From an uncultured Solirubrobacterales bacterium (GTDB lineage: Bacteria; Actinomycetota; Thermoleophilia; Solirubrobacterales; 70-9): a DNA stretch of 64,000 bases. A program made the translations under genes and the position numbers. The stretch covers positions 60,545 to 124,544 of the forward strand of contig CAWDUO010000005.1 in the NCBI GenBank assembly GCA_963805475.1, written 5' to 3'. Numbering within the stretch: position 1 is the stretch's first letter; every line of letters starts with the position of its first letter. Positions 53,580 through 62,799 of this stretch are shown piece after piece. The notes beneath the pieces were generated by a model that saw nothing but the letters and a program-made list of their open reading frames with translations, was not told the DNA's origin and ran no database searches.

Positions 53580-54731
53580 TCATGAGCCCGCCCGTGCGGG
53601 AGCAGAGGAGGCGGCCGTTGGGTAAGGCGGGGGCTTCTTCGTCTTCTTGATCACCCGCAGCTGGGTCGAGGGGTCCCAGAAGCTCGCTTCGTCCTGGCGG
53701 TCGATCAGCTCGTCGATCGGCGTCGCCGGCGCCTCGCCGTCGAGCCAGCCGGCGCGGTTGTCGGGCCGCGGGTTGGCGCCGTTGTCGGGCTGGCGCGCCA
53801 CGTTCAGGCCGAGCTCCTCGAACATCGCCCGGTCGTCCTCGGGCTCGGCCCCCAGCGTGGTCAGGAAGTTGCCCATCATCACCCCGTTCAGCCCCGCCTT
53901 GACCGCCAGCGGCTGGAGCTCGCCGAGGTTCTCGACCCGGCCGCCGCAGAGGCGGAAGAGCGCGCCGGGGATGATCAGGCGGAAGATCGCCACCCACTTG
54001 ACGACCTCCCACGGGTCCATCAGCGGGCGGTCGCCGAACTTCGTCCCCTCGCGCGGGTTGAGCAGGTTGATCGGCACCGAGGTCGGCTCCAGCTCGGCCA
54101 GCTCGAAGGCCATCTCGACCCGCTGCCGCGGCGACTCGCCGAGGTTGAGGATGCCGCCGACGCAGGTCTCCAGCCCGGCGTCCTTGACCGCGTCGATCGT
54201 CCGCAGCCGGCCCTCGTAGCGGACCGTGGTCGAGACCTCCGGGTAGTAGGAGCGCGAGGACTCGACGTTGTGGTGGACGCGCTGGATGCCGGCCTCACGC
54301 AGACGCCTCGCCCGCTCGGCCGACATGTGGCCGATCGAGGCGCAGCGCTTCAGGTTGGTCTGCTCGGAGACGAGCTTGGCGCCCGCGACGATCTTCTCGA
54401 AGTCGCGCTTGGAGAGCCCCTGGCCCTGGGTGACCATGCAGAAGCGGTGCGCCCCCGCCGCCTCGGCCGCCTTCGCGTGCTCGAGGATCTGCTCGGGCTC
54501 CATCATCGCGTGCATCGGCGTGTCCGCCTCGGCGTAGCGCGACTGGGCGCAGAAGCCGCAGTCCTCGGCGCAGCCGCCGGACTTGGCGTTGACCAGCGAG
54601 CACATGTCGGTCGAGTCGCCGAAGTTTTCCCGGCGCACCGCCCAGGCGCGCTCGACCAGCGCGCCGATCTCCTGCCGGTCGCTCAGCTCGCCGAGCGCCA
54701 GCGCCTCCTCGAAATCGATCAGGGACGTCAT
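53580..54731 (-). CDS. bioB: Biotin synthase (radical SAM), with ~40-50-aa C-terminal tail
   Basis: CAEDCGFCAQS CxxxCxxC motif. YNHN-equivalent HHNVESS, and GGILNLGES. Confidence 0.92.
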   Translation of the reverse strand: MTSLIDFEEALALGELSDRQEIGALVERAWAVRRENFGDSTDMCSLVNAKSGGCAEDCGFCAQSRYAEADTPMHAMMEPEQILEHAKAAEAAGAHRFCMVTQGQGLSKRDFEKIVAGAKLVSEQTNLKRCASIGHMSAERARRLREAGIQRVHHNVESSRSYYPEVSTTVRYEGRLRTIDAVKDAGLETCVGGILNLGESPRQRVEMAFELAELEPTSVPINLLNPREGTKFGDRPLMDPWEVVKWVAIFRLIIPGALFRLCGGRVENLGELQPLAVKAGLNGVMMGNFLTTLGAEPEDDRAMFEELGLNVARQPDNGANPRPDNRAGWLDGEAPATPIDELIDRQDEASFWDPSTQLRVIKKTKKPPPYPTAASSAPARAGS

Positions 54732-54781
54732 TCGGGGCGCAAGGCTAGGAGCCGCCCCGGACGTTCGCCCCTCCAGCGAGG

Positions 54782-54824
54782 GCGTTCGCCGTTTGTCTTC
54801 CTATGCGCGACAAACAGCGAACGC
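54782..54824. repeat. Family-C palindromic element, copy 3
   Basis: GCGTTCGCCGTTTGTC (54782-54797), 11-nt loop, GACAAACAGCGAACGC (54809-54824), one arm mismatch. Lies between the bioB start and the GGDEF gene stop. Confidence 0.75.
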
Positions 54825-54830
54825 GCGTCG

Positions 54831-56279
54831 TCAGGCGGCGACGCCCGCTACCCGCACCGCGTCGCGCCCCGCCCGCTTGGCCGCGTACATCGCGTCGTCC
54901 GCCGCCGAGAGGATCGCGTCGTAGCTCTGCGCACGCGGCCCGAAGGTGGCGATCCCGATGCTGGCGGTGATCGGCGGCGCCGCCTCGCCCGGCGGAGTGT
55001 GCTGGCGGATCGCCTGGGCGATCGCCTCGGCCACCTCCTCGGCCTCGTCGAGCTCGCAGCGCGGCAGGACGATCGCGAACTCGTCGCCGCCCAGCCGCGC
55101 GACCACGTCGGTCTCGCGCATCCGTCCGCGCAGGACGCCGGCGATGTCGGCGATCACGCGGTCTCCGGCCGGGTGCCCGAGCGTGTCGTTGACCTGCTTG
55201 AAGTTGTCGAGGTCGAGCATCAGCACGGCGCCGACGGTGTCCTCGCGCCGGCTGCGGGCCAGCTCGGTGCGCAGGTCTTCGCCGAAGCGGCGCCGGTTCT
55301 TCAGCCCGGTCAGCGGGTCCTGGTTGGCCTGCTGTCGCAGCTCCTGCATGCGCTCGGCGCGGCTCCAGACGAGGACCAGCGCGCCCAGCAGCAGCGCCAG
55401 GCAGATGCCGACGACGGCGATCAGGATCGGCAGGCTGACCCCCGGCCGGTTGGGATCGCGGACGACCAGCAGCCAGGTGCGGTCGGCGATGCGCAGGGGG
55501 ACCGCGTCGGATTCCCCGCGCGCCAGCTGGGGCCCGGCGACGCTGTGGCCGTCCTCGAGCAGCTCGACGGCGACGTCGCCGGGAAGCGCCGAGGTCGCCA
55601 CGGCGGTCAGGTCGGGGACGTGGAAGGAGCCGATCGCGAAGCCGACCAGGGCGGCGCGGCGCTCGGCCCGGGTCGCGGTCGGCGCCCCGTCGCGGTAGAC
55701 GGGGCGGAAGACGTTAACCCCGATGCCGCCGATCGGCAGGCGCATGACCCTGGTCGCGGTGGACTTGCCGCTGTCGCGCGCCTCGAACATGTAGGGCGCC
55801 CGGGCGGAGTCGGCGCCGAGGTCGTAGCCCAGCGGCGGCGTCAGCCCCGTCTCCGACCTGCCGTAGACGAGCGGGTAGTAGTCGCGGCTTTGCCGGGGCT
55901 CGCGGCGGAAGCCCAGCTGCGTGCGTTCCTCGATCTGGTAGCCGTGGGAGCGCTCGAAGCCGGCGCGGCGCGAGGCCGGCACGGCGAGGACCAGCCCCGT
56001 CCCCGAGAGCGCCCCCGAGTGCAGCAGCGAGCTGGCGATCGCGTCGAACTTGTGACGGTCGAGGTGGTCGACGACGCGGTAGAAGGCGGTGGCGCTGGCG
56101 AGCTGGCCGACCGAGAGCGCGGCGAGCGCTTCGGTCTGCCGCGCCGAGCGCGCCGCCTCGCTGTGCTGCGCCTGCGCGAAGTTTTCGCTTTCGCGGTCGC
56201 GCACGACCAGCGCGATCGCGATCGAGCCGACGGCGATCGCGACCACGACCGCGTATCCGAGCCAGAAGCGGAGCTTCAT
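54831..56279 (-). CDS. Diguanylate cyclase with periplasmic CHASE-like sensor
   Basis: Start at MKLRFWLGYAVVVAIAV. Two TM helices flank a ~270-aa extracytoplasmic domain. GGDEF domain (DPLTGLKNRR...RLGGDEFAIVL). Confidence 0.85.
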   Translation of the reverse strand: MKLRFWLGYAVVVAIAVGSIAIALVVRDRESENFAQAQHSEAARSARQTEALAALSVGQLASATAFYRVVDHLDRHKFDAIASSLLHSGALSGTGLVLAVPASRRAGFERSHGYQIEERTQLGFRREPRQSRDYYPLVYGRSETGLTPPLGYDLGADSARAPYMFEARDSGKSTATRVMRLPIGGIGVNVFRPVYRDGAPTATRAERRAALVGFAIGSFHVPDLTAVATSALPGDVAVELLEDGHSVAGPQLARGESDAVPLRIADRTWLLVVRDPNRPGVSLPILIAVVGICLALLLGALVLVWSRAERMQELRQQANQDPLTGLKNRRRFGEDLRTELARSRREDTVGAVLMLDLDNFKQVNDTLGHPAGDRVIADIAGVLRGRMRETDVVARLGGDEFAIVLPRCELDEAEEVAEAIAQAIRQHTPPGEAAPPITASIGIATFGPRAQSYDAILSAADDAMYAAKRAGRDAVRVAGVAA

Positions 56280-56311
56280 GCTCCTATATTCGGCCAATTC
56301 CTCACCGCCCC

Positions 56312-56947
56312 TCATTTGGCAGGAACGCTTGCGAGCGACTCCCAGAGGTAGAGCGAGGCGAGGCTGCGGTGCGGGCGCCAGGCCTCGCCGATCTCCAGCA
56401 CCTGGCCCGGCGGCGGCATCTCCGCCAGCCCGTACTCGATCCGCACCGCCTTGCGGATGCCGAGGTCGCCGCCGGAGAGCACGTCGGGCCGCTCGAGGTG
56501 GAAGAGCAGGAACATCTCCGCGGTCCACTGGCCGAGCCCGCGCACGGCGACGATCTCCTCGACGACCCGCTCGTCGGAGAGCTCGCCGAGGCGGTCGAGC
56601 TCGAGCTCGCCGTCGAGCACGTGGGCGGCGAGGTCGCGCACGTAGGAGACCTTGCGGCCGGAGAGCCCGCAGCCGCGCAGCTCCTCCTCGCTCGCCTCGA
56701 GCAGCCGCTCGGGCGAGGGGGCGGCGCCGCCGAACAGGTCGAGCACCCGCGCGTAGATCGTCCGCGCCGCCTTGGTCGAGAGCTGCTGGCCGACGATCGC
56801 CCGCAGCAGGGCGCCGTAGGCGTCTGCCGGGCGCTCCTCGGCGCGGCGCCGCAGCCGCGTCGCCAGGTCGATCTCGCCGAGCCGCTCGATCAGCGCCGCC
56901 ATCGCCGGGTCGGCGGCGGCCAGCGCCGCCCGCGCCTCGGCGCTCAC
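56312..56947 (-). CDS. DNA-3-methyladenine glycosylase II (AlkA-like, HhH-GPD)
   Basis: GTG start. HhH-GPD pattern LRGCGLSGRKVSYVRDLA...VRGLGQWTAEMFLLF...D. Confidence 0.8.
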   Translation of the reverse strand: MSAEARAALAAADPAMAALIERLGEIDLATRLRRRAEERPADAYGALLRAIVGQQLSTKAARTIYARVLDLFGGAAPSPERLLEASEEELRGCGLSGRKVSYVRDLAAHVLDGELELDRLGELSDERVVEEIVAVRGLGQWTAEMFLLFHLERPDVLSGGDLGIRKAVRIEYGLAEMPPPGQVLEIGEAWRPHRSLASLYLWESLASVPAK

Positions 56948-56956
56948 AAACGCTCC

Positions 56957-57003
56957 TTCCGCTGTTCCTTATCCCTCAATAACGAGGAAAAGGAACAGCG
57001 GAA
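56957..57003. repeat. Family-A palindromic element, copy in the crotonase/AlkA-like spacer
   Basis: TTCCGCTGTTCCTTATCC (56957-56974), 11-nt loop, GGAAAAGGAACAGCGGAA (56986-57003), one mismatch. Confidence 0.85.
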
Positions 57004-57008
57004 CGTCG

Positions 57009-57833
57009 TCATCGGCCCTGCCAGCGCGGCCGGCGCTTCTCGGCGAAGGCCTCGATGCCCTCGCGCAGGTCGGCGGAGGCGAAGCACGATTCGCGCAGGG
57101 CGATCAGGCCGCTCTCCTGCTGCTCGCTCAGCACCGGGTTCGAGTTGAGCACCTCGATCGCGCGCTTGTTGCCGCGCATCGAGAGCGGCGCGTTGGCGGC
57201 GATCCGCTCGGCGAGGGCGATCGAGGCCCCTTCGAGCGCCTCGTCGTCGACCACCTCGTGGACGAGGCCGATCTCCTCGGCCCGCGCGGCCTCGAAGTTG
57301 CGGCCGGTGAGGAACAGCTCCTTGGTCCGCGCCAGGCCGACCGTGTCGAGGAACTTGCGCAGGCCGGTGTGGCCGTAGACGAGGCCGAGCTTGGCCGGCG
57401 GCATGCCGAGCTTGGCGCCGCTGGCGCAGATCCGCATGTCGCAGGTGATCGCCAGCTCCAGCCCGCCGCCGAGGCAGTGGCCGTTGATCGCCGCGACGGT
57501 CGGCCAGGGGTGGGCGGCGAGCGCCTCCATCGCGTCGTGGAAGGGGTGGGCGACGAGCGCCTCGGCGTCGCGTTCGAAGGTCTCGCGCGGGATCGAGGCG
57601 AGGTCGTAGCCGGCCGAGAAGGCGGGCGGCGCGCCGGTGATCATCACGCAGCGGGTCTCGATCCCGCGGTCGAGCCGCGGCAGCGCCTCCGCCAGCGCGT
57701 CGAGGATCTCGTGGTCGAGGGCGTTGCGGCGCTCGGGGTTGAAGATGCGGATGCGGGCGACCGCCTCGGCCGGCGAGTCGAGGATCAGCTTGCCGGAGGC
57801 GAGCCGCTCTTCAACCGGGCGCTCCGCGCTCAC
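57009..57833 (-). CDS. Enoyl-CoA hydratase/isomerase (crotonase) family protein
   Basis: 274 aa. FSAGYDL and AAINGHCLGGGLELAITCDMRI are crotonase signatures. Confidence 0.88.
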   Translation of the reverse strand: MSAERPVEERLASGKLILDSPAEAVARIRIFNPERRNALDHEILDALAEALPRLDRGIETRCVMITGAPPAFSAGYDLASIPRETFERDAEALVAHPFHDAMEALAAHPWPTVAAINGHCLGGGLELAITCDMRICASGAKLGMPPAKLGLVYGHTGLRKFLDTVGLARTKELFLTGRNFEAARAEEIGLVHEVVDDEALEGASIALAERIAANAPLSMRGNKRAIEVLNSNPVLSEQQESGLIALRESCFASADLREGIEAFAEKRRPRWQGR

Positions 57834-57837
57834 CGTC

Positions 57838-58050
57838 CTACTCCAGGACGACGAGGACGTCGCCTTCGCTGACCGACTGGCCCTCCGCGCAGCGGATCTC
57901 CTTGACGACGCCGTCGTCCTCGGCCTCGACCGGGATCTCCATCTTCATCGACTCGAGGATGACGACGGTGTCGCCGTCGGAGACCTCGTCGCCGACCGCG
58001 ACGGTGACTTTCCAGACGTTGCCCGTGATGTGCGCCTCGATGTCCGCCAT
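57838..58050 (-). CDS. Small biotin/lipoyl-attachment (BCCP-like) protein
   Basis: 70 aa with biotinylation motif ESMKMEIPV. Confidence 0.85.
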   Translation of the reverse strand: MADIEAHITGNVWKVTVAVGDEVSDGDTVVILESMKMEIPVEAEDDGVVKEIRCAEGQSVSEGDVLVVLE

Positions 58051-58070
58051 GGCGCGGGAGACTATCCGCC

Positions 58071-58754
58071 ATGGAGGACCCTGCGATCATCGTCGCCGCG
58101 CGCAACGAGGCGGACCGGGTGGGGGAGACCGTGGCGGCGCTGCGACGGGCCTTCCCCGGGGCGGCGCTGTGGGTCGCCGACGACGCCTCGAGCGACGGCA
58201 CGGCGGAGGTCGCGATGTCCGCCGGGGCCCAGGTGGTGAGCCGGGGGCGGCCGCACGGCAAGGGGGCCAACGTCACCGCGGCGGCCGAGGCGGCGCTGAG
58301 CGCCGAGCCGGCGCCGCGGATCGTCCTGCTCTGCGACGGCGACCTCGGCCCGAGCGCCGCCGGGCTGGCGCCGCTGGTCGAGGCGGTGCGCCGCGGCGAG
58401 TGCGACCTCGCGGTCGCCGCCTTCAGCCGCCGCGTCGGCGGCGGCTTCGGCTTCGCGCTCGGCTTCGCCCGCTGGGCGATCCGCCGCCGCTGCGGGCTGG
58501 AGACGCGGGCGCCGATCTCCGGCCAGCGGGCGCTGCGGGTGGACGCCCTGCGCGCGACCCTGCCCTTCGCCCGCGGCTACGGCATGGAGGTCGGGATGAC
58601 GATCGACGCGGTCCGCACCGGCTATCGCCTGCGCGAGTACGAGCTCGACCTCTCCCACCGCGCGACCGGTCGCAGCCTCGCCGGCTTCACCCATCGCGCC
58701 CGCCAGCTGCTCGACTTCGCCCACGTCTACCTTTCGCGGCGCCGCGCCGAATAG
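58071..58754 (+). CDS. Family 2 glycosyltransferase
   Basis: IIVAARNEADRVGETVAAL...WVADDASSDGT (DxD region), 227 aa. Confidence 0.75.
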   Translation: MEDPAIIVAARNEADRVGETVAALRRAFPGAALWVADDASSDGTAEVAMSAGAQVVSRGRPHGKGANVTAAAEAALSAEPAPRIVLLCDGDLGPSAAGLAPLVEAVRRGECDLAVAAFSRRVGGGFGFALGFARWAIRRRCGLETRAPISGQRALRVDALRATLPFARGYGMEVGMTIDAVRTGYRLREYELDLSHRATGRSLAGFTHRARQLLDFAHVYLSRRRAE

Positions 58755-58763
58755 CCTCGTCCC

Positions 58764-60213
58764 ATGATCCTCGCGATCGACCAGGGGACGACGGGAACGA
58801 CCTGCCTCGTCTTCGACGAGGAGGGGCGGATCGCCGGCCGCGCCTACTCGGAGCTCGAGCAGCACTTCCCGCGGCCGGGCTGGGTCGAGCACGACGCGAA
58901 CGAGATTTGGGAGGCGGCGCGGCGCGTCGCGCGCGACGCGCTAGGCGACGCCGGCATCGACGGCGCCGAGCTCGACGCGATCGGGATAACCAACCAGCGT
59001 GAGACGGTGGTCGCCTGGGACCCCGCCACCGGCGAGCCGCTGCACCGGGCGCTGGTCTGGCAGGACCGCCGCACCGCGGGGCGCTGCGAGGAGCTGCGCG
59101 CGGCCGGCCACGAGGCGCTGGTGCGCGAGCGCACCGGGCTCGTCCTCGACCCCTACTTCTCCGCCACCAAGATCGAGTGGCTGCTGCGCAATGCCGAGCT
59201 GCCGCCGGGCGCCGTCTTCGGCACGGTCGACTCCTGGCTGCTGTTCAAGCTGACCGGCCGCCACGCGACCGACTACACGAACGCCTCGCGCACGCTGCTC
59301 TTCGACATCCGCCGGCTCGCCTGGGACGCGGAGCTGTGCGAGCTGTTCGGCGTCGACCCCGCGCGCCTGCCCGAGCCGCTGCCCTCGTCCTATATATACG
59401 GGACGACGACGGAGTTCGGCGGCGAGGCGCCGGTGGCGGGGATCGCCGGCGACCAGCAGGCGGCGCTCTTCGGCCAGGCCTGCCACGCGGCCGGCAGCGC
59501 CAAGAACACCTACGGCACCGGAAGCTTCGTCCTCCTGCACACCGGCGAGGAGGCGCCCGAGCCGGGCGAGGGGCTGCTCGCCACGGTCGCCTGCGGCGCC
59601 GGCGAGGCGGCCGCCTACGCCCTCGAGGCCTCGATTTTCGCCACCGGCGCCGCCGTGCAGTGGCTGCGCGACGGGCTCGGGATCATCGGCGAGGCGGGGG
59701 AGAGCGAGGCGCTCGCCGCCTCGCTGAAGGGCAACGACGGCGTCTACTTCGTCCCCGCACTGACCGGGCTGGGCTCGCCGCACTGGGACCCCTACGCGCG
59801 CGGCACGATCGTCGGCCTCACCCGCGGCAGCGGCCGCGCGCAGCTCGCGCGCGCGGCGCTGGAGGCGATCGCCTACCAGACGGTCGACGCGGTGCGCGCC
59901 GAGGAGGCGGCCGCCGGGGAGCGGCTCGGCGAGCTGAAGGCGGACGGCGGCGCCGTCGCGAACCGCTGGCTGATGCAGTTCCAGGCCGACGTGCTCGGCG
60001 CGCCGGTCGTCGTCCCCGAGATCGCCGAGACGACGGCGCTCGGGGCCGCCTACCTCGCCGGGATCGCGACCGGCCGCTGGAGCGCCGCCGAGGTCGCGGA
60101 GATGTGGCGCGAGGCGGCCCGCTACGAGCCGCGGCATGGGCGAGGACGAGCCCGAGTCGCTGCTTGCGGAGTGGCACAGAGCCCTCGACCGCTCCCGCGG
60201 CTGGGCTGCGTAA
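58764..60213 (+). CDS. glpK: Glycerol kinase; apparent +1 frameshift near 60135
   Basis: AIDQGTTGTTCLVFD, GDQQAALFGQ. After ...AARYEPR the family-typical end MGEDEPESLLAEWHRALDRSRGWAA* is in the +1 frame. The uncorrected frame reads through into plsC. Confidence 0.88.
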
Positions 60214-60251
60214 CCAGGCGATGGGCAAGGGGTAGGCACGGGCAAGCCGCG

Positions 60252-60995
60252 ATGCCCGACATGAAGCCACAGGTCTACAAGGACGACCGCCCGGCGTCCT
60301 ACTTCGACCAGTTCCACACGGCGGCGCTGAAGGGCGCCGGCTGGACCTACACCTTCGTCCGCTTCCTCGTCACCCTGCCGACGCTGGTGATCTACCGGGT
60401 GCGGGCGATCGGCCGCGAGAACGTGCCCGAGGACGGGCCGCTGATCCTCGCGCCCAACCACTTCAGCCAGATGGACCATTTCTTCGTCGGCGTCTACCTG
60501 CGGCGGAAGATCCGCTTCATGGCCAAATCGCAGATGTTCGGCCCGCCCGTCCTCACCTACATCTACAAGGTCGGCGGCGTGATCCCGATCCGCCGCGGCC
60601 ACCACGACGAGAAGGCTTTCGAAACCGCGTTCGAGGTGCTCGGCCAGGGCGAGATGCTGCTGATCTACGCCGAGGGCGGCCGCTCGCGCAGCGGCGAGCT
60701 GGGCGAGCCGAAACCGGGGGTCGGGCGGCTGGCGCTGGAGTCGGGCGCCCCGGTCGTCCCGGTCGCGATCCACGGCTCGGCCAAGGTGCGGCGCTGGAAG
60801 CGGCTGCGCTTCCCCAAGGTCACGGTCCAGTTCGGCGAGCCGCTGAGCTTCCCAGTCGAGAAGGGGGCGAGCCGCGAGCGCCAGCAGGAGGTCGCCGCCG
60901 AGATCTTCGGTCAGGTGCGGGAGATGTACAAGGAGCTCTCTACTCGTAACGCTCGCCGAGCTTCGCGTAGAAGCCCGGATCGTGCCCCGGCGTGA
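60252..60995 (+). CDS. 1-acyl-sn-glycerol-3-phosphate acyltransferase family protein
   Basis: NHFSQMD (HX4D) and YAEGGRS motifs. ATG 60252. The 3' end overlaps the convergent MBL gene by 56 nt. Confidence 0.8.
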   Translation: MPDMKPQVYKDDRPASYFDQFHTAALKGAGWTYTFVRFLVTLPTLVIYRVRAIGRENVPEDGPLILAPNHFSQMDHFFVGVYLRRKIRFMAKSQMFGPPVLTYIYKVGGVIPIRRGHHDEKAFETAFEVLGQGEMLLIYAEGGRSRSGELGEPKPGVGRLALESGAPVVPVAIHGSAKVRRWKRLRFPKVTVQFGEPLSFPVEKGASRERQQEVAAEIFGQVREMYKELSTRNARRASRRSPDRAPA

Positions 60996-61851
60996 CGATC
61001 GCGTCGGGATACTCGCGCCGCAGCAGCCGCAGCTCCTGGATCGAGCGCCGGTAGTTGTGCTCGTCGAAGGGACGGGGCGCCAGCGGCGCCGATCCGTCCA
61101 GCTGGCCCTCGGTGTAGACGACGTCGCCGCCGATCACGAAGTCGCGCTCGGCGAGGCGGGCGATCACCGACATGTGGCCGGCGCTGTGGCCGGGGGTGTA
61201 GGCGAGCCGGATCGAGCCGTCGCCGAAGAGGTCGAAGCAGCGGGCGAAGCTGGCGTATGAGTCGATCCCGCCGCGGTCGAAGTCGACGGTGCGGTAGTCG
61301 AAGGCGAAGTGGAAGTGGGCGCGCCGGTAGCCGTTGGCGAGCGGTTTCGGGCCGACCGTCGCCGCCTCCCACTCGACCTCGCTGACGACGAAGGTCGAGT
61401 TGGGGAACTCGGAGATCGCCGAGCTGTGGTCGAGGTGCAGGTGGGTCATCACGACGACCGGGATCTCGCCGGGGTCGAGGTTGCGGGCGCGCAGCTGCGC
61501 CGGCACGTCTTCGCCCGGCTCCAGCGCCGGCTTGCCGAAGCGCGCGGCGAGGCCGCCGAAGTTCTCCTTGCCGTCGGTGGCGATCGAGGGGTGCAGGCCG
61601 GTGTCGACGAGGATCGCCCCGGCGCTGGGGTGGCGGATCAGGAAGGCGGGGCAGGGGACGACCGTCGGCGGCTTGCCGCTGAGCAGGGCGCGCAGCAGCT
61701 TCAGCGTCTCCAGGCGCCCGCCCGGCCGCTCCATCATCGGCAGCGGCCAGGTGACGTGCCCGGCGATCAGCGGTTCGACGCTCACCGAGGCGCCGGCCGT
61801 GCCGCCGGCCAGCGGCTCGTGCAGCGGTTTCGCCTCGACGTGAACCTTCAT
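60940..61851 (-). CDS. MBL-fold metallo-hydrolase (lactonase-like)
   Basis: 303 aa. THLHLDH zinc motif and a downstream GHSAGH. Confidence 0.82.
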   Translation of the reverse strand: MKVHVEAKPLHEPLAGGTAGASVSVEPLIAGHVTWPLPMMERPGGRLETLKLLRALLSGKPPTVVPCPAFLIRHPSAGAILVDTGLHPSIATDGKENFGGLAARFGKPALEPGEDVPAQLRARNLDPGEIPVVVMTHLHLDHSSAISEFPNSTFVVSEVEWEAATVGPKPLANGYRRAHFHFAFDYRTVDFDRGGIDSYASFARCFDLFGDGSIRLAYTPGHSAGHMSVIARLAERDFVIGGDVVYTEGQLDGSAPLAPRPFDEHNYRRSIQELRLLRREYPDAIVTPGHDPGFYAKLGERYE

Positions 61852-61899
61852 CGCCGGGTGACATTACCCGGCTTCGAGTCGGCTATAGGCTGGCGGGCG

Positions 61900-62752
61900 A
61901 TGGCTGAAAGCCGCGATTCGCGCATCTTCAGGGAGGGTTTGCTGGACGGGCAGGTCTGCCTCGTCTCCGGCGCCGGCAGCGGCCTCGGGCGGGAGACCGC
62001 GCTGGAGCTGGCGCGGCTCGGCGCCGCGGTCGTCGGATGCGGGCGGCGCGAGGAGCCGCTGGCCGAGACCGCGGCGCTCGCCGCCGGCCTGCCCGGCTGC
62101 TTCGAGCGCGAAGCGATGGACATCCGCGACGAGGCGGCCGGTCGAGCGGCTGTTCGACGGGCTGCTGGAGCGCCACGGGCGGCTCGACGTGCTGGTCAAC
62201 AACGCCGGCGGCCAGTTCCTCAGCCCGGCCGAGGCGATCACGCCGAAGGGCTTCCGCACGGTGATCGAGCTGAACGTGCAGGGCACCTGGCTGATGACCC
62301 ACGCGGCGGCGACGAGGGCGATGATCCCGCAGGGCGGCGGCAAGGTGCTCAGCGTCACGCTCTCGCCGCACAACGGGATGCCGGGGATGGTCCACTCCGG
62401 CGCCGCCCGCGCCGCGGTCGAGAACATGATGCGGACGCTCTCGGTCGAGTGGGCGCGCTTCGGGATCAAGCTCTGCGCGCTCGCCGCCGGCCAGTTCGCC
62501 ACCGAGACGCTGCTGACCAAGTACCCGCAGGTGGTCGTCGACAACCTCGAGCGGTCGATTCCGATCGGCCGCGCCGGCCGCGCCGAGGAGCTGGCCTGGC
62601 TGGTCGCCTACCTGGCCTCGCCGGCCGGCGACTTCTTCTCCGGCACGACGCTCACGATCGACGGCGCCCGCGACAACTGGGCCGGCCCGTGGCCGCCCGA
62701 GGCGATCGCGGTCGACGGCGAGCCGGTCGCCGAGCAGCGCCACCTCAAGTAA
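61900..62752 (+). CDS. Short-chain dehydrogenase/reductase; apparent +1 frameshift at 62137-62140
   Basis: VCLVSGAGSGLGRETA...DIRDEAA lies in one frame. VERLFDGLLERHGRLDVLVNNAGGQF...HSGAARAAVENM... lies in the next. Confidence 0.82.
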
Positions 62753-62793
62753 CGGGGCACGTTTCTTTCGCTATGCGTCAATAACGTGCCCCG
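62753..62793. repeat. 11-bp-stem hairpin in convergent gap (probable bidirectional terminator)
   Basis: CGGGGCACGTT (62753-62763), 19-nt A+T-rich loop, AACGTGCCCCG (62783-62793). Confidence 0.65.
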
Positions 62794-62799
62794 CGCCGG

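Noticed and set aside
53555-53600. The hairpin GCACGGGCGGG...CCCGCCCGTGC spanning the bioB stop, as another repeat-family member.
   Set aside because: It is G+C-rich and unique in the window, and shares no arms with families A-C. It is most simply a local stem between bioB and bioF.
58764-60995. 743-aa GlpK-acyltransferase fusion ORF.
   Set aside because: The typical GlpK C-terminus and stop (60211-60213) lie in the +1 frame after about 60135. The acyltransferase has its own ATG at 60252. The fusion is a read-through artefact of the frameshift.
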